A stretch of DNA of 64,000 nt, taken from NCBI GenBank assembly GCA_905182615.1, contig CAJJCG010000016.1, positions 8,238 to 72,237 on the forward strand, given 5' to 3'. The position numbers and the translations under genes were made by a program. Each line of letters starts with the position of its first letter. Positions within the stretch are counted from its first letter, which is position 1. The notes beneath the pieces are model-generated. The model saw only the letters and a program-made list of their open reading frames with translations, was not told the origin of the DNA and made no database searches. This stretch comes from Alphaproteobacteria bacterium UBA2964. GTDB taxonomy: Bacteria > Pseudomonadota > Alphaproteobacteria > MPNO01 > UBA2964. Below are positions 21,586-32,861 of the stretch, in pieces.

Positions 21586-22365
21586 ATGGTTAACATGTGC
21601 CATCAGGAATTTATCAACTTCGCTGGTTCCCTTGCCGACGTTGCGGGGCCCATCCTGTGCCGCCACTTTCGGACATCCGTACCGATCGACACGAAGCCCG
21701 ACCAGACACCAGTCAGCATCGCTGACCGTGATGCCGAACAGGCGATGCGCACGCTCATTACCGACCGATATCCAGATCACGGCATCCTCGGAGAAGAATA
21801 TGGCACCGACCGCGCTGATGCCGAATATGTCTGGGTGCTCGATCCAATTGATGGCACCAAAGCATATTTAGCCGGCAAACCCCTCTTCGGAACCCTTGTC
21901 GCGCTTCTCCAAAATGGCATTCCGATCCTGGGGGTAATCGATCAACCTATTCTTGGCGAACGATGGCTCGGTGCTTCGGGACGGCAAACGACGTTTAACG
22001 GTACCGATGTCACAACACGCCCATGTGCCAACCTTGAAAAGGCAACCTTAAACGCCACATCGCCAGATATGTTTGAAGGCACGAACCGCACCCAATTTGT
22101 AGAACTGTCAAAGAAGGTAGCGATGACGATGTACGGTGGTGACTGTTATGCATACGGATTGTTAGCGAGTGGTCACATCGATTTAGTCGTCGAAGCAGAT
22201 TTAAAACCTTACGATTTTTTCGCACTTGTCCCGGTAGTTTCTGGTGCAGGCGGCAGGATGACAGACTGGCAGGGAAACGGACTTAATATGGAATCAGACG
22301 GACGTATTATTGCGACGGGCGATGCCACAGTTTTGCCACAGATAACCGGCATTCTGAACGCATAA
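21586..22365 (+). CDS. Inositol monophosphatase family protein, probable histidinol-phosphatase (HisN-like)
   Basis: IMPase motifs: EEYG, WVLDPIDGTKAY; similar in length and profile to alphaproteobacterial HisN. Start could also be the M at 21595. Confidence 0.7.
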   Translation: MVNMCHQEFINFAGSLADVAGPILCRHFRTSVPIDTKPDQTPVSIADRDAEQAMRTLITDRYPDHGILGEEYGTDRADAEYVWVLDPIDGTKAYLAGKPLFGTLVALLQNGIPILGVIDQPILGERWLGASGRQTTFNGTDVTTRPCANLEKATLNATSPDMFEGTNRTQFVELSKKVAMTMYGGDCYAYGLLASGHIDLVVEADLKPYDFFALVPVVSGAGGRMTDWQGNGLNMESDGRIIATGDATVLPQITGILNA

Positions 22366-22377
22366 GCGAGGGAAGCC

Positions 22378-24225
22378 ATGAACAAATCACTTTTCGCGAT
22401 ATGTACCGCCAGCCTGCTCATACAGTTCGTTTCGGCTCCCGGTAACAGCGCCCAAAACTTGACGCCGCGTCACGCCATGACACTCGGCGACAAGCCGAAA
22501 TATGGGCCAGACTTTAAACACCTGGATTATGTGAACCCCAACGCGCCGAAAGGCGGCGAAGTTCATCTCTATTCGATTGGCGGCTTCGACAGCTTTAATC
22601 CCTACATCATCAAAGGGGACCCCGCGACCGGATCAAACCTGATATTTGAAACACTGATGAGCTCGACAGCAGATGACAGCCTAAGTGAATATGGCCTCAT
22701 CGCAGAGTCAGTCGAAGTTCCGGATGATCTATCCTACGTCATCTATAATCTGCGCAAAGAGGCGAAATTCCATGACGGATCACCGATAACTGCCGATGAT
22801 GTCGTTTTCAGCTTTACGTCGCTCAAAACCAAAGGCCAGCCCTTTTACCGCTACTATTATGCCAATGTCTCGAAGGCGGAGAAGCTTTCTCCCCACCGGG
22901 TAAAATTCAGCTTTTCTGGCCCGCCAAACCGCGAGCTACCCCAAATAGTCGGGCAGCTACCGGTATTATCCAAGGCATGGTGGAGCAAAAACGACTTTTC
23001 CAAAACAACCCTAAAACCACCTCTTGGCAGTGGCCCCTATAAGGTCAAATCTTTCGAACCGGGTCGGTTCATTGTCTACGAACGGGTCAAGAATTACTGG
23101 GGACAGAACATCCCGCTGCGTGTCGGCCAACACAATTTCGATATCGTACGGTATGATTACTACCGCGATCAGGCTATCGCCCTCGAAGCTTTCAAAGCCG
23201 GACTATACGATTTCCGATTTGAAGGATCATCGAAAGACTGGGCGACAGGCTATAACTTTCCTGCCCGCAAACGCGGTAACGTAAAGACCGCTCTCCTTAA
23301 ACACTCTCGACCTGTCGGGATGCAGGCCTTCGCCTTTAATACAAGACGCCCACAATTCAAAAGCAAGCTGGTCCGGCAAGCACTGGCCTATGCCTTTGAT
23401 TTCGAATGGTCCAATCGACAACTTTTTTACGGCCAGTACAGTCGTACCACGAGCTACTTTGAAAACTCTGACCTCGCCGCAACGGCCCTACCCACCGCCG
23501 AAGAACTCAAAATACTTGAGCCGCTGCGGGGCAAAGTGCCCGACGAAATTTTTAAAGAAATCTACAAACCTGCAAAGACCGATGGTTCAGGCAACAACCG
23601 ACGCAATTTACGCAATGCCACACGCTTGCTTAAGAAAGCAGGTTGGAAAATCATCAACAATCAGCTCGTCAGCCCAACAACCGGCAAACCGATGGAGATT
23701 GAATTTCTTCTCGTGAGCCCAGCTTTTGAGCGTGTGGTGTCGCCATTTATTCGCAATCTCAAACGACTTGGAATCAAAGGTAGAATTCGCACGGTTGACC
23801 CAGCACAATATCAAAACAGAGTGCGTGATTTTGATTATGACGCAATCGTTTCAACCTTTGCGCAATCATTGTCGCCGGGGAATGAGCAAAGAAACTACTG
23901 GAATAGCAAGGCCGCGAACCGCGCCGGTAGCCGCAACCTGATTGGCATTCAGGATCCCGCCATCGACATTCTGGTCGAAAAGATCGTTGCCGCCAAAGAT
24001 CGTAAGTCGCTCGTCGTCGCATCACGGGCTTTGGACCGCGTCCTCCAATGGAATCATTTTGTGGTACCACAGTGGCATATCCGTGCGGACCGTATCGCGT
24101 GGTGGGACAAGTTTGGCCAGCCGGCCAAACGCCCCAGTTTTGGGATCGGTTTTTTCTCCTGGTGGGTAGATGTCAAGAAAGCAGCAATGGTCCAGCCCAA
24201 TCGTCAAAAGTCTGAGCCTAAATGA
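22378..24225 (+). CDS. yejA: ABC transporter substrate-binding protein, family 5 (YejA-like, peptide/microcin C type)
   Basis: 615 aa; signal peptide; SBP_bac_5 architecture; first gene of a yejA-yejA-yejB-yejE-yejF cluster. Confidence 0.8.
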   Translation: MNKSLFAICTASLLIQFVSAPGNSAQNLTPRHAMTLGDKPKYGPDFKHLDYVNPNAPKGGEVHLYSIGGFDSFNPYIIKGDPATGSNLIFETLMSSTADDSLSEYGLIAESVEVPDDLSYVIYNLRKEAKFHDGSPITADDVVFSFTSLKTKGQPFYRYYYANVSKAEKLSPHRVKFSFSGPPNRELPQIVGQLPVLSKAWWSKNDFSKTTLKPPLGSGPYKVKSFEPGRFIVYERVKNYWGQNIPLRVGQHNFDIVRYDYYRDQAIALEAFKAGLYDFRFEGSSKDWATGYNFPARKRGNVKTALLKHSRPVGMQAFAFNTRRPQFKSKLVRQALAYAFDFEWSNRQLFYGQYSRTTSYFENSDLAATALPTAEELKILEPLRGKVPDEIFKEIYKPAKTDGSGNNRRNLRNATRLLKKAGWKIINNQLVSPTTGKPMEIEFLLVSPAFERVVSPFIRNLKRLGIKGRIRTVDPAQYQNRVRDFDYDAIVSTFAQSLSPGNEQRNYWNSKAANRAGSRNLIGIQDPAIDILVEKIVAAKDRKSLVVASRALDRVLQWNHFVVPQWHIRADRIAWWDKFGQPAKRPSFGIGFFSWWVDVKKAAMVQPNRQKSEPK

Positions 24226-26057
24226 TCCGGCTTCTTGCAACAGCCATTGCATTTACAGCAGCACTGGCAACCAGTGCGCAGGCTAGAGATCCATCGAAAA
24301 GTCATGGACTCTCCGCGTTTGGAAATTTGAAATATAGCAGCAACTTTAAACATTTTGACTACGTCAATCCCGATTCTCCCAAGGGCGGAGTAATACGACT
24401 AGCAGGTATTGATTCATTCGATAGCCTCAACCCCTATATCCTGAAAGGTGTACCGGTCGCCGGGATAGGGCTAATCCATGCAACGTTGATGGAACGCGCT
24501 AATGACGAACCGGATGCCCTTTATGGCCTTGTTGCGGAAAGCGTCTCAGTCGCCTCGGACAAAAGCGCGATCACCTTTGATTTACGCCCAACGGCCAAGT
24601 TCAGTGACGGCTCTCCAATTACCGCCAACGACGTTGTGTTCACGTTCCAGACACTCGTCAAAAAAGGACACCCCCAATATCGCTTCATATTTTCAGGTGT
24701 CGCAAACGTAAAAGCTCTTAGCGAGCATCGCGTCAAATTTACGTTCAATACTACGAATAATCGCGATCTACCTCTCCAAATCGCCGGTTTGCCGGTTCTT
24801 TCCAAAAGTTATTACGACAAAGTGCCATTCGACAAAACAACGATGACGGCGCCACCTGGCGCCGGTCCTTATCGTGTTGCAAAAATCGACCCAGGACGAT
24901 TCGTCCTTTACCAACGCATAACAAACCATTGGGCGGAGCAACTGCCCGTTATGCGGGGCCGATATAATTTCGACATGGTCCGATTCGATTATTTCAGAGA
25001 CCGAGACATCGCTTTTCAAGCGTTTTTCTCAAAATCATATGATTTTCGGGAAGAGTTTACGTCACGCAGCTGGGCTACCCAGTATGACGACAAGCTGCCG
25101 ATAAAAGATGGCCGTATCATCCGGGCGACCCTGCCCGATGCAACCCCGTCCGGCGTCCAGGCATTCTTTTTCAATATGCGACGCGAGAAGTTCAAGGATC
25201 GCCGTGTACGAGCAGCGCTCGATCTCGCCTTCGACTATGAATGGACTAACAAAACGCTATTCTACGGGCTCTACGACCGCACCAACAGCATGTTCGCGAA
25301 TAGTGCCTTAGCGGCAGAGAAGCCACCGACGCCGGATGAAATCAAGCTACTAGAACCACTCCGCGGCAAAGTCCCTCCAGAAGTGTTTTCAGAAGTTTAC
25401 CAATCACCAAAAACCGACGGCTCCGGTCGGAATCGATCAAATTTGCGTAAAGCCACACGCCTGCTCAAGAAAGCAGGCTGGAAAATCGTCAACAACAAAC
25501 TCGTCGATAAATCAGGCAAACCGCTGACCATCGAAATTTTACTATTCGAAAGTTCCTTCCAGCGGATCATTAGTCCCTATATCCGCAACCTGAAACGACT
25601 CGGCATCGATGCCACAATTAGAATTGTCGATGTCGCTAACTTCCAACACCGAATGCAGCAATACGATTTTGACGTGGTGGTTCAGCGTTATGTCCAGACC
25701 AACACGCCGGGCATCGAGCAAAAAACATACTTCAGTTCAAAGATGGCGGATGTGCCCGGGTCAAGAAATCTCGCAGGGATCAAAAACCCCGCAATCGATT
25801 ATCTTATCGATAAGGTTATCGTCGCAAATTCTCGCAAAAAACTGGTTACGGCTGTGCACGCTCTTGACCGTGTCTTAATGTGGAACCGGTATATGGTCCC
25901 GCAATGGTATAAGGGTGTCCATAATATTGCCTATTGGAACAAGTTTGGCCGTCCCAGCATCAAACCAAAATTTGATCTCGGGATTCTGGATACCTGGTGG
26001 TATAGCGCCAAAAAGGCCGCCATGATTGAAGCAGGCAAAGCGCCCCCGAAACCATAA
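24222..26057 (+). CDS. ABC transporter substrate-binding protein, family 5 (second YejA paralog)
   Basis: 611 aa; clearly paralogous to the preceding gene (e.g. LKPPLGSGPYKVKSFEPGRFIVYERVKNYW vs MTAPPGAGPYRVAKIDPGRFVLYQRITNHW); start overlaps the previous stop (ATGA). Confidence 0.8.
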   Translation: MIRLLATAIAFTAALATSAQARDPSKSHGLSAFGNLKYSSNFKHFDYVNPDSPKGGVIRLAGIDSFDSLNPYILKGVPVAGIGLIHATLMERANDEPDALYGLVAESVSVASDKSAITFDLRPTAKFSDGSPITANDVVFTFQTLVKKGHPQYRFIFSGVANVKALSEHRVKFTFNTTNNRDLPLQIAGLPVLSKSYYDKVPFDKTTMTAPPGAGPYRVAKIDPGRFVLYQRITNHWAEQLPVMRGRYNFDMVRFDYFRDRDIAFQAFFSKSYDFREEFTSRSWATQYDDKLPIKDGRIIRATLPDATPSGVQAFFFNMRREKFKDRRVRAALDLAFDYEWTNKTLFYGLYDRTNSMFANSALAAEKPPTPDEIKLLEPLRGKVPPEVFSEVYQSPKTDGSGRNRSNLRKATRLLKKAGWKIVNNKLVDKSGKPLTIEILLFESSFQRIISPYIRNLKRLGIDATIRIVDVANFQHRMQQYDFDVVVQRYVQTNTPGIEQKTYFSSKMADVPGSRNLAGIKNPAIDYLIDKVIVANSRKKLVTAVHALDRVLMWNRYMVPQWYKGVHNIAYWNKFGRPSIKPKFDLGILDTWWYSAKKAAMIEAGKAPPKP

Positions 26058-26074
26058 CGACAGAACAATAATAA

Positions 26075-27199
26075 ATGCTCGCCTATATTGTCCGCCGCCT
26101 CCTGTTGATCATTCCGACCTTGATCGGAATTATGGTGATCAATTTTACAATCATTCAGTTTGCCCCAGGCGGACCGATTGAGCAGATCATCGCCCAACTG
26201 ACCGGTACAGATGTCGGCGCAACAGCAAGAATTGGCGGAACTGGTGGAACCGAAGCCGGATCAACAGCGACCGCAGCCCAACAGGCGTCCTCAGGGGCCG
26301 CAGGCGCCGCAAACAACGCCTATCGCGGCGCACAGGGGCTCGATCCTGAATTTATAAAGCAGCTTGAAAAACAATTCGGCTTCGACAAACCGCTTCACGA
26401 ACGATTCTTGTTGATGATGGGGAACTATATTCGGTTTGATTTCGGAAACAGCTATTTCCGGGACCAAAAAGTTATCGACCTGGTTCTAGACAAACTACCC
26501 GTCTCGATCTCACTCGGTATATGGACGACGCTGCTCGTTTATTTTATTTCCATCCCGCTTGGCATTCGCAAGGCCGTCAATGACGGAAGCTCCTTCGATA
26601 TTTGGACCAGCGCCGTCATCATTATCGGCAATGCCATTCCAGGGTTCTTATTTGCAGTGATGCTGGTGGTGCTGTTTGCTGGCGGCAGCTATTTTGACTG
26701 GTTCCCCTTGCGCGGCCTGGTTTCAGAGAACTGGGATCAGCTCAGCTGGCCAATGCAAATCCTGGATTATCTTTGGCATATGGTTTTACCCATAACCGCA
26801 CTCGTCATTGGTGGCTTTGCCGCCTTAACTTTTCTCACCAAGAACTCTTTTCTCGACCAGATCAATCAGCAATACGTGCTAACCGCCAAAGCTAAAGGAT
26901 TAACGGAACACCGCGTGCTCTACGGCCATGTTTTCCGTAACGCGATGCTGATCGTCATTGCCGGATTTCCGAGCGCCTTCATCGGCATCCTGTTTACCGG
27001 CGCCCTGCTAATCGAAATTATTTTCTCTCTCGATGGCCTTGGGCTTCTGGGCTTTGAAGCGGTCATCAAACGCGATTACCCCATCATGTTCGCCTCCCTG
27101 TTCTTCTTCACCCTCCTTGGGCTCGTGATGAAATTAATCGGCGATTTGACTTATACGCTGATCGATCCGCGTATCGATTTTGAGGCGCGCGATGTCTGA
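26075..27199 (+). CDS. yejB: ABC transporter permease (YejB-like)
   Basis: BPD_transp_1 permease; 374 aa; has the long N-terminal insertion typical of YejB. Confidence 0.85.
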   Translation: MLAYIVRRLLLIIPTLIGIMVINFTIIQFAPGGPIEQIIAQLTGTDVGATARIGGTGGTEAGSTATAAQQASSGAAGAANNAYRGAQGLDPEFIKQLEKQFGFDKPLHERFLLMMGNYIRFDFGNSYFRDQKVIDLVLDKLPVSISLGIWTTLLVYFISIPLGIRKAVNDGSSFDIWTSAVIIIGNAIPGFLFAVMLVVLFAGGSYFDWFPLRGLVSENWDQLSWPMQILDYLWHMVLPITALVIGGFAALTFLTKNSFLDQINQQYVLTAKAKGLTEHRVLYGHVFRNAMLIVIAGFPSAFIGILFTGALLIEIIFSLDGLGLLGFEAVIKRDYPIMFASLFFFTLLGLVMKLIGDLTYTLIDPRIDFEARDV

Positions 27200-28289
27200 G
27201 ACAGGCGCAGCAATCCTGCCCGAAACCACTGGTATCCCTGCACGACCGACATTTATGGGCATGAAGATAACGCCGCTCGCCGTACGGCGTATCGCCAGCT
27301 TTAAGGCCAATAGGCGGGGCTATTGGTCATTTTGGATATTTTTGGTGGTGTTTGTCTTCAGCCTGTTTGCGGAACTAATCGCCAACGACAAGCCGCTGCT
27401 CGTTGAATATCAAGGGAGCTATTATTTCCCTGTCCTGAAAATTTATCCCGAGACTGTCTTTGGGGGTGATTTTCAAACCGAGGCGGAATATCGCGAGAAA
27501 GATGTTCAGGACCTCATTACCAGAAAAGGCGGCAAGATATACTGGACCCCCGTTCGTTTTAGTTACGGCACGGTCAATCTGAGCCTCAACAAACCCGCTC
27601 CATCACCACCCTCCCTTGAAAATCTGTTAGGAACCGATGATCAGGCAAGAGATGTTTTTGCACGGGTGATCTACGGCTTCCGAATATCAGTTCTTTTCGG
27701 TCTGATCCTGACAATTGTCTCATCAATCGTTGGTGTCGCCGCTGGTGCCATACAGGGATATTTTGGCGGCTGGACCGACCTTCTCTTCCAGCGCTTTATC
27801 GAAATTTGGTCCGGCCTACCAAGGCTGTTCTTACTGATTATCCTGGCCAGCATCTTTCAACCAAGCTTCTGGATGTTGCTTGGCTTGTTGCTACTGTTCG
27901 AATGGATGGCGCTCGAAGGCGTTGTACGTGCCGAATTCTTGAGAGCGAGAAATTTCGACTATGTGCGGGCCGCCCGCTCACTCGGAGTTGGCAATGTGAC
28001 GATCATCCGGCGTCATGTCCTGCCTAACGCCATGACTGCCGCTCTGACCTTTTTACCCTTTGTGTTGATTGGCTCAATCACCGCCCTGACATCTCTTGAT
28101 TTCCTAGGTTTTGGGCTGCCGCCGGGGTCGCCATCACTTGGTGAATTGCTCGCTCAGGGAAAATCCAATTTACAGGCCCCCTGGCTTGGCATCACCGCAT
28201 TTCTCGTTCTCGCTGGTATGCTGAGCCTCCTGGTATTTGTTGGCGAAGCCATCCGGGATGCCTTCGATCCAAGAAAAACTATGCAGTGA
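27180..28289 (+). CDS. yejE: ABC transporter permease (YejE-like)
   Basis: Second permease; 369 aa; overlaps yejB by 20 nt. Confidence 0.85.
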   Translation: MRRAMSETGAAILPETTGIPARPTFMGMKITPLAVRRIASFKANRRGYWSFWIFLVVFVFSLFAELIANDKPLLVEYQGSYYFPVLKIYPETVFGGDFQTEAEYREKDVQDLITRKGGKIYWTPVRFSYGTVNLSLNKPAPSPPSLENLLGTDDQARDVFARVIYGFRISVLFGLILTIVSSIVGVAAGAIQGYFGGWTDLLFQRFIEIWSGLPRLFLLIILASIFQPSFWMLLGLLLLFEWMALEGVVRAEFLRARNFDYVRAARSLGVGNVTIIRRHVLPNAMTAALTFLPFVLIGSITALTSLDFLGFGLPPGSPSLGELLAQGKSNLQAPWLGITAFLVLAGMLSLLVFVGEAIRDAFDPRKTMQ

Positions 28290-29935
28290 TGGCAGAAATA
28301 CCCAACACAACGTCCCGTCTTCTGGAGGTCGACAACCTATCCGTTACGTTTGGCATCAATGAACGGGAAGTAAAAGCCGTACGAGGCATAAGTTTCGATA
28401 TTGGCAAAGGCGAAACTGTCGCTCTGGTCGGCGAAAGCGGCTCCGGAAAATCTGTGACCGCGCTCTCCGCTATTCAGCTACTACCCTATCCGATGGCGCA
28501 TCACCCATCCGGCAGCATCCGGTTCAACGGCGAAGAACTTGTAGCCGCCGACGAAGACACTCTGCGCCGGATTCGCGGCAATCGCATTGGCATGATTTTT
28601 CAGGAGCCGATGACATCGCTGAACCCGCTTCATAATTTGGAGAAGCAGATTGGTGAAGTCTTGTTCCTGCACAAGAAGCTTGATCGTGTGGCCGCTCGGG
28701 AACGAGTTCTCGACTTACTGAAACAGGTCGGTTTACACGATGCCGAAAACAGACTTCAGGCATATCCACATCAATTGTCAGGAGGACAACGGCAACGAGT
28801 CATGATCGCGATGGCCCTCGCCAACGACCCGGATCTTTTGATTGCCGATGAACCAACCACGGCTCTTGATGTGACTATCCAGGCACAAATTCTCGCTTTG
28901 CTAAAAGAACTGCAGCAAAAACGCGGCATGTCGATGTTGTTAATTACCCACGACCTCGGAATCGTGCGGAAGGTTGCAGACCGTGTCTGCGTTATGACTA
29001 AAGGCAGGATCGTCGAACAAGGCAACACAGCCGAAATTTTTGACAATCCGCAGCATAGCTATACGCAGCATCTGCTGGCGGCCGAACCAAAGGGCAAGCC
29101 GACAACCGCTGCAGCAAACGCCCCGATGGTGATTGAGGCATCGGATCTAAAAATCTGGTTTCCTATTAAACGCGGTGTCCTGCGCAAAGTCGTCGGCCAT
29201 ATTAAAGCGGTAGATGGTGTCTCAATTGAAGTCCGCGAAGGTCACACAGTCGGTGTCGTTGGTGAAAGCGGCTCAGGCAAGACAACCCTTGCGATGGGGC
29301 TGCTCCGGCTGGAGCGCAGCGAAGGGCCGATAAGTTTTCTTGGCCAAAACATTCAGGGAAAAACATGGAAAGAGTTACGCCCTTTGCGCAGCGAAATGCA
29401 AATCGTGTTTCAGGATCCGTTTGGCTCGTTAAGCCCACGCATGTCGGTCGGCCAGATCATCGAAGAAGGTATGTTGATTCACATGCGCAACCTCTCGTTT
29501 GACGAGAGACGGCAACTGATCGCAGAAACGTTGGTAGAGGTTGGGCTCGACCCCGAGATGCAAGATCGCTATCCGCATGAATTTTCGGGCGGTCAAAGGC
29601 AGCGCATTTCGATTGCTCGTGCCATGGTCTTAAGACCCCGATTGGTCATTTTAGACGAACCGACTTCGGCTCTCGATATGTCCGTCCAGGCACAGATCGT
29701 TGATCTTTTGCGCGACCTGCAGCGAAAACACAAACTAGCTTATCTGTTTATCAGTCACGATTTAAAAGTGGTCCGCGCCTTGGCTGATGAAGTTCTTGTC
29801 ATGCGCAACGGCCAAGTCGTCGAACAAGGCTCAGCAGAAAAGATTTTTGATGAGCCGGCAGAAGATTACACAAAGGCTCTTTTAAAGGCAGCTTTCGACA
29901 TTGAAGCTGTTGAAGGAAATGCGGTCTCAACCTAA
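28286..29935 (+). CDS. yejF: ABC transporter ATP-binding protein with two ATPase domains (YejF-like)
   Basis: Two Walker A sites (GESGSGKS twice), two LSGGQRQR signatures; 549 aa. Confidence 0.88.
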   Translation: MMAEIPNTTSRLLEVDNLSVTFGINEREVKAVRGISFDIGKGETVALVGESGSGKSVTALSAIQLLPYPMAHHPSGSIRFNGEELVAADEDTLRRIRGNRIGMIFQEPMTSLNPLHNLEKQIGEVLFLHKKLDRVAARERVLDLLKQVGLHDAENRLQAYPHQLSGGQRQRVMIAMALANDPDLLIADEPTTALDVTIQAQILALLKELQQKRGMSMLLITHDLGIVRKVADRVCVMTKGRIVEQGNTAEIFDNPQHSYTQHLLAAEPKGKPTTAAANAPMVIEASDLKIWFPIKRGVLRKVVGHIKAVDGVSIEVREGHTVGVVGESGSGKTTLAMGLLRLERSEGPISFLGQNIQGKTWKELRPLRSEMQIVFQDPFGSLSPRMSVGQIIEEGMLIHMRNLSFDERRQLIAETLVEVGLDPEMQDRYPHEFSGGQRQRISIARAMVLRPRLVILDEPTSALDMSVQAQIVDLLRDLQRKHKLAYLFISHDLKVVRALADEVLVMRNGQVVEQGSAEKIFDEPAEDYTKALLKAAFDIEAVEGNAVST

Positions 29936-30277
29936 TTCGGTTTTGCGTTTCGCAGACAAAATTATATCGGCAAATCCGTTCAGAAACTCTTCGCCGGCAT
30001 GGGTCCGATTTATCAAAACACTTCTTCGATCCTGCGGATCCTTCGCCCTCTGAATGAATTCAAGGTCCGCCAGCTGGTCGAGAGCCCTCGTTACTGCTGG
30101 TTTAGATATAGCGAGAACGGCAGTCAGCCCGCGAACGGTATGGGGACCATCGGCAAGATAAATCCTCAACATGATCGCCATTTGCCGCGCCGACAAATCC
30201 GGCTCTTCGCCACACACACTGCTCGCCAATGCCTCGAACCAAAACCTAAGATATTGATTTTGTTCGAAACTTCTCAC
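29927..30277 (-). CDS. MarR-family transcriptional regulator
   Basis: Winged HTH of MarR type (LSARQMAIMLRIYLADGPHTVRGLTAVLAISKPAVTRALDQLADLEFIQRAKDPQDRRSVLINRT). The track ORF's ATG at 30406 would overlap the upstream aminopeptidase gene by 109 nt. A GTG at 30277 is preceded by AAGGGAG with a 6-nt spacer and lies 21 nt after that gene's stop, so it is preferred. Confidence 0.6.
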   Translation of the reverse strand: MRSFEQNQYLRFWFEALASSVCGEEPDLSARQMAIMLRIYLADGPHTVRGLTAVLAISKPAVTRALDQLADLEFIQRAKDPQDRRSVLINRTHAGEEFLNGFADIILSAKRKTELG

Positions 30278-30297
30278 TGATATCTCCCTTGAGCTTT

Positions 30298-31695
30298 CTA
30301 ACGCCGCTTCTTCTTCGAGAAGCGTTTCTCTATAACGTCGTAAAGGGCGCGCATCCCCATCGCCTCGCCACCAACGGGCCGACCGGGCCGCGCTACAGCA
30401 TTCCAAGCCATAATATCAAAATGGACCCAAGGCGTTTTCTTAGAAACAAATTCCTTTAGAAACAATGCTGCGGTAATCGCGCCGGCAAAACCGCCCTCGG
30501 ACACATTGTTAATGTCCGCGACATCACTCTTGAGAAGTCTGCGATAAGCCGAGAATAACGGTAAGCGCCAATTTGGATCGCCGCCTTCTTCACCAGCTTT
30601 GTAGAGATCATCTGCAAGGCTGTCATCGTTGCAAAACATGGCTGCAATTTGCGTTCCTACCGCGACACGCGCCGCCCCGGTTAAAGTTGCAAAATCTGCA
30701 ATCAACGCCGGGTTCTCGCGATCAGCTTCCGCCAATGCATCGCACATGACAAGCCTGCCCTCAGCATCGGTGTTGCCGACCTCAACGGTAATGCCTTTGC
30801 GCGTTCGAATGACGTCTGACGGGCGATAGGCGTTGCCGGCAACCGAGTTTTCAACAGCACTTATCAATACCCGTAACCGCACATCAAGCTTGGCATCCAT
30901 AATCATGTGAGCCAGCCCGAGAACGTTGGCTGAGCCGCCCATATCTTTTTTCATGCGCAGCATACCGGCAGCACTCTTAAGATCGAGTCCGCCTGTATCA
31001 AAACACACGCCTTTCCCGACCAGCGTCACCTTCGGTGCGTCTTTTCGACCCCATGTCATATCGATAAGACGTGGTGCTTTGCTTGCGGCACGGCCAACGG
31101 CATGAATGGTCGGATAGTTCTGTTTCAGCAAAGCATTGCCGGTAACGACGTTAATTCGGGCATTGTGCTTCTTTGCAAGCTTACGGGCGGCTGACGCCAA
31201 CTCGGGTGGCCCCATGTCTTCCGGCGGAATGTTGATCAGATCACGGACCAAGGCTGTCGCATCCGCTGTGCGTTTGACCACACCTCGATCACAATTTTTT
31301 GGCCAGACCAGTGACGGAATAGCTGTCGCTATCGGTTTGCTTTTATATTGAGTGAACCGGTAACAGCCGAGCGCCCAGCCCAAAACCGCCGCCGTTGCAC
31401 CAGCCTTATCCATCCGCGCATCAATCGCGTAGCGGCCCTCAGGCAATCTTGATGGCAAATCCGCATAGGCCCAAAGCCCCTGATGATCATCAACACCAAC
31501 TAGAACCTGCGCCAGCGCGCCGTCTTTCCCAGCGACGAGACTTATCGAACCGGCAACGGCATCAAACCCGGCGGACTTCACCCAGCGCTTCATCGCAGCA
31601 TCCTGAGTTTTGAGCCACGCGGCAAATACAGCGGTCTCAATAGGAATTATGGGAATGGTGCGGCGATCAGCCGTTGCAACAAAATGGTAAGTCAT
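30298..31695 (-). CDS. M17-family leucyl aminopeptidase-like protein
   Basis: M17 catalytic-domain signature NTDAEGRLVMCDAL and surrounding conserved Asp/Lys/Glu positions. Confidence 0.8.
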   Translation of the reverse strand: MTYHFVATADRRTIPIIPIETAVFAAWLKTQDAAMKRWVKSAGFDAVAGSISLVAGKDGALAQVLVGVDDHQGLWAYADLPSRLPEGRYAIDARMDKAGATAAVLGWALGCYRFTQYKSKPIATAIPSLVWPKNCDRGVVKRTADATALVRDLINIPPEDMGPPELASAARKLAKKHNARINVVTGNALLKQNYPTIHAVGRAASKAPRLIDMTWGRKDAPKVTLVGKGVCFDTGGLDLKSAAGMLRMKKDMGGSANVLGLAHMIMDAKLDVRLRVLISAVENSVAGNAYRPSDVIRTRKGITVEVGNTDAEGRLVMCDALAEADRENPALIADFATLTGAARVAVGTQIAAMFCNDDSLADDLYKAGEEGGDPNWRLPLFSAYRRLLKSDVADINNVSEGGFAGAITAALFLKEFVSKKTPWVHFDIMAWNAVARPGRPVGGEAMGMRALYDVIEKRFSKKKRR

Positions 31696-32771
31696 GAGGC
31701 GGTAACACCATTTGAAATATTGGAAACCATGGCTTCCATATCGACCGCGCCATTGACGCGTGAGCCAATCGCGATATGCGGGCTCATGACGACGTTCTTA
31801 TAGGGCAGAAATGGATCGTTAACATCGCCCGGTTCCTTGTAATGAACATCCATGCCAACGCCGCCAATTCGGCCAGAATCGAGGGCCGCGAGAAGCGCTT
31901 CTTTCTGAATGATATCGGCCCGCGCAATATTGACGATGACAATACCCGGTTTGGCATTATCAAGCTGCTCAGCGCCAATCAGACCCTTTGTCGAATCATT
32001 GAGCGGCACGTGAATGCTCACAAAGTCCGACTGTTCAAACAGTTCATTTAGAGACACGTAGCGGGCGTTGAACTGGCTTTCGAGTTCCGCGTTCAACTGA
32101 TTCCGCTGAGTGTAGATAACTTCCATATCAAAGGCATTAGCCCAGTTCGCGACATAGCGCCCAACCGAACCAAGACCAACGATACCCAAGGTCGAGCCAA
32201 ACATGTTTTTCACGCCTGAAATGCGCGCCCAGTTGGAGTTGGCGGTGTGACGGCGATCATATTCACGTGCCGGCCAACCTTCCGCCTGCAATGCCTCAAT
32301 CGTCAGCAACTTATTTGTTTCGACGGTCTTTTTCGCCAATGCCATCATCAAGGAGAATGCGTGTTCACCGACGGCGACATTTACCGTACGATGGAATGGC
32401 AGCGCCGGAATGTTCCGGGCAGCACAGGCCGCTTCATCAACGTTTCGCATATCAGTACGGAAATTCTGCACGATTTTAAGGTTAGGCGCTAACGCAAGTT
32501 CCTCTTCACCAACGACGAAATCCTCAATTACAACGGCATCGGCTTCCGGCAGTGCTGCCCTAAATTCTTCCTGGCTATTGGTCAACACAACCCGGGACGG
32601 CGCCACAGCCGGATACTTCTTACGAAGATCCTCACACCATTGCGGAAACTCGGGCATGTCGACGGAGTAATAATCCGCAAAGCCGGCAAGGCGTTCCGGG
32701 TCACAATCCGGATCGAGCATGACGCTGAGAGCGCGAATAATATGGTCATTTTGGATGACGATAGTAGGCAT
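31692..32771 (-). CDS. NAD-dependent D-isomer-specific 2-hydroxyacid dehydrogenase family protein
   Basis: Rossmann GIVGLGSVGRYVA, catalytic region ...MDVHYKEP...MSPHIA; start overlaps the upstream gene's stop. Confidence 0.75.
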   Translation of the reverse strand: MPTIVIQNDHIIRALSVMLDPDCDPERLAGFADYYSVDMPEFPQWCEDLRKKYPAVAPSRVVLTNSQEEFRAALPEADAVVIEDFVVGEEELALAPNLKIVQNFRTDMRNVDEAACAARNIPALPFHRTVNVAVGEHAFSLMMALAKKTVETNKLLTIEALQAEGWPAREYDRRHTANSNWARISGVKNMFGSTLGIVGLGSVGRYVANWANAFDMEVIYTQRNQLNAELESQFNARYVSLNELFEQSDFVSIHVPLNDSTKGLIGAEQLDNAKPGIVIVNIARADIIQKEALLAALDSGRIGGVGMDVHYKEPGDVNDPFLPYKNVVMSPHIAIGSRVNGAVDMEAMVSNISNGVTAS

Positions 32772-32861
32772 TGGCTACGGTCTTTCGAGTTAGGGCTATG
32801 GTGTAATTCTAATTTGACGGCACTGTATCGCCACCGCGCTACCCGGACAACTGGCGGACTA

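Noticed and set aside
21514-21780. 88-aa minus-strand ORF upstream of and overlapping the hisN-like start
   Set aside because: It overlaps the 5' end of a well-supported plus-strand gene, and its product has low complexity with no motif.
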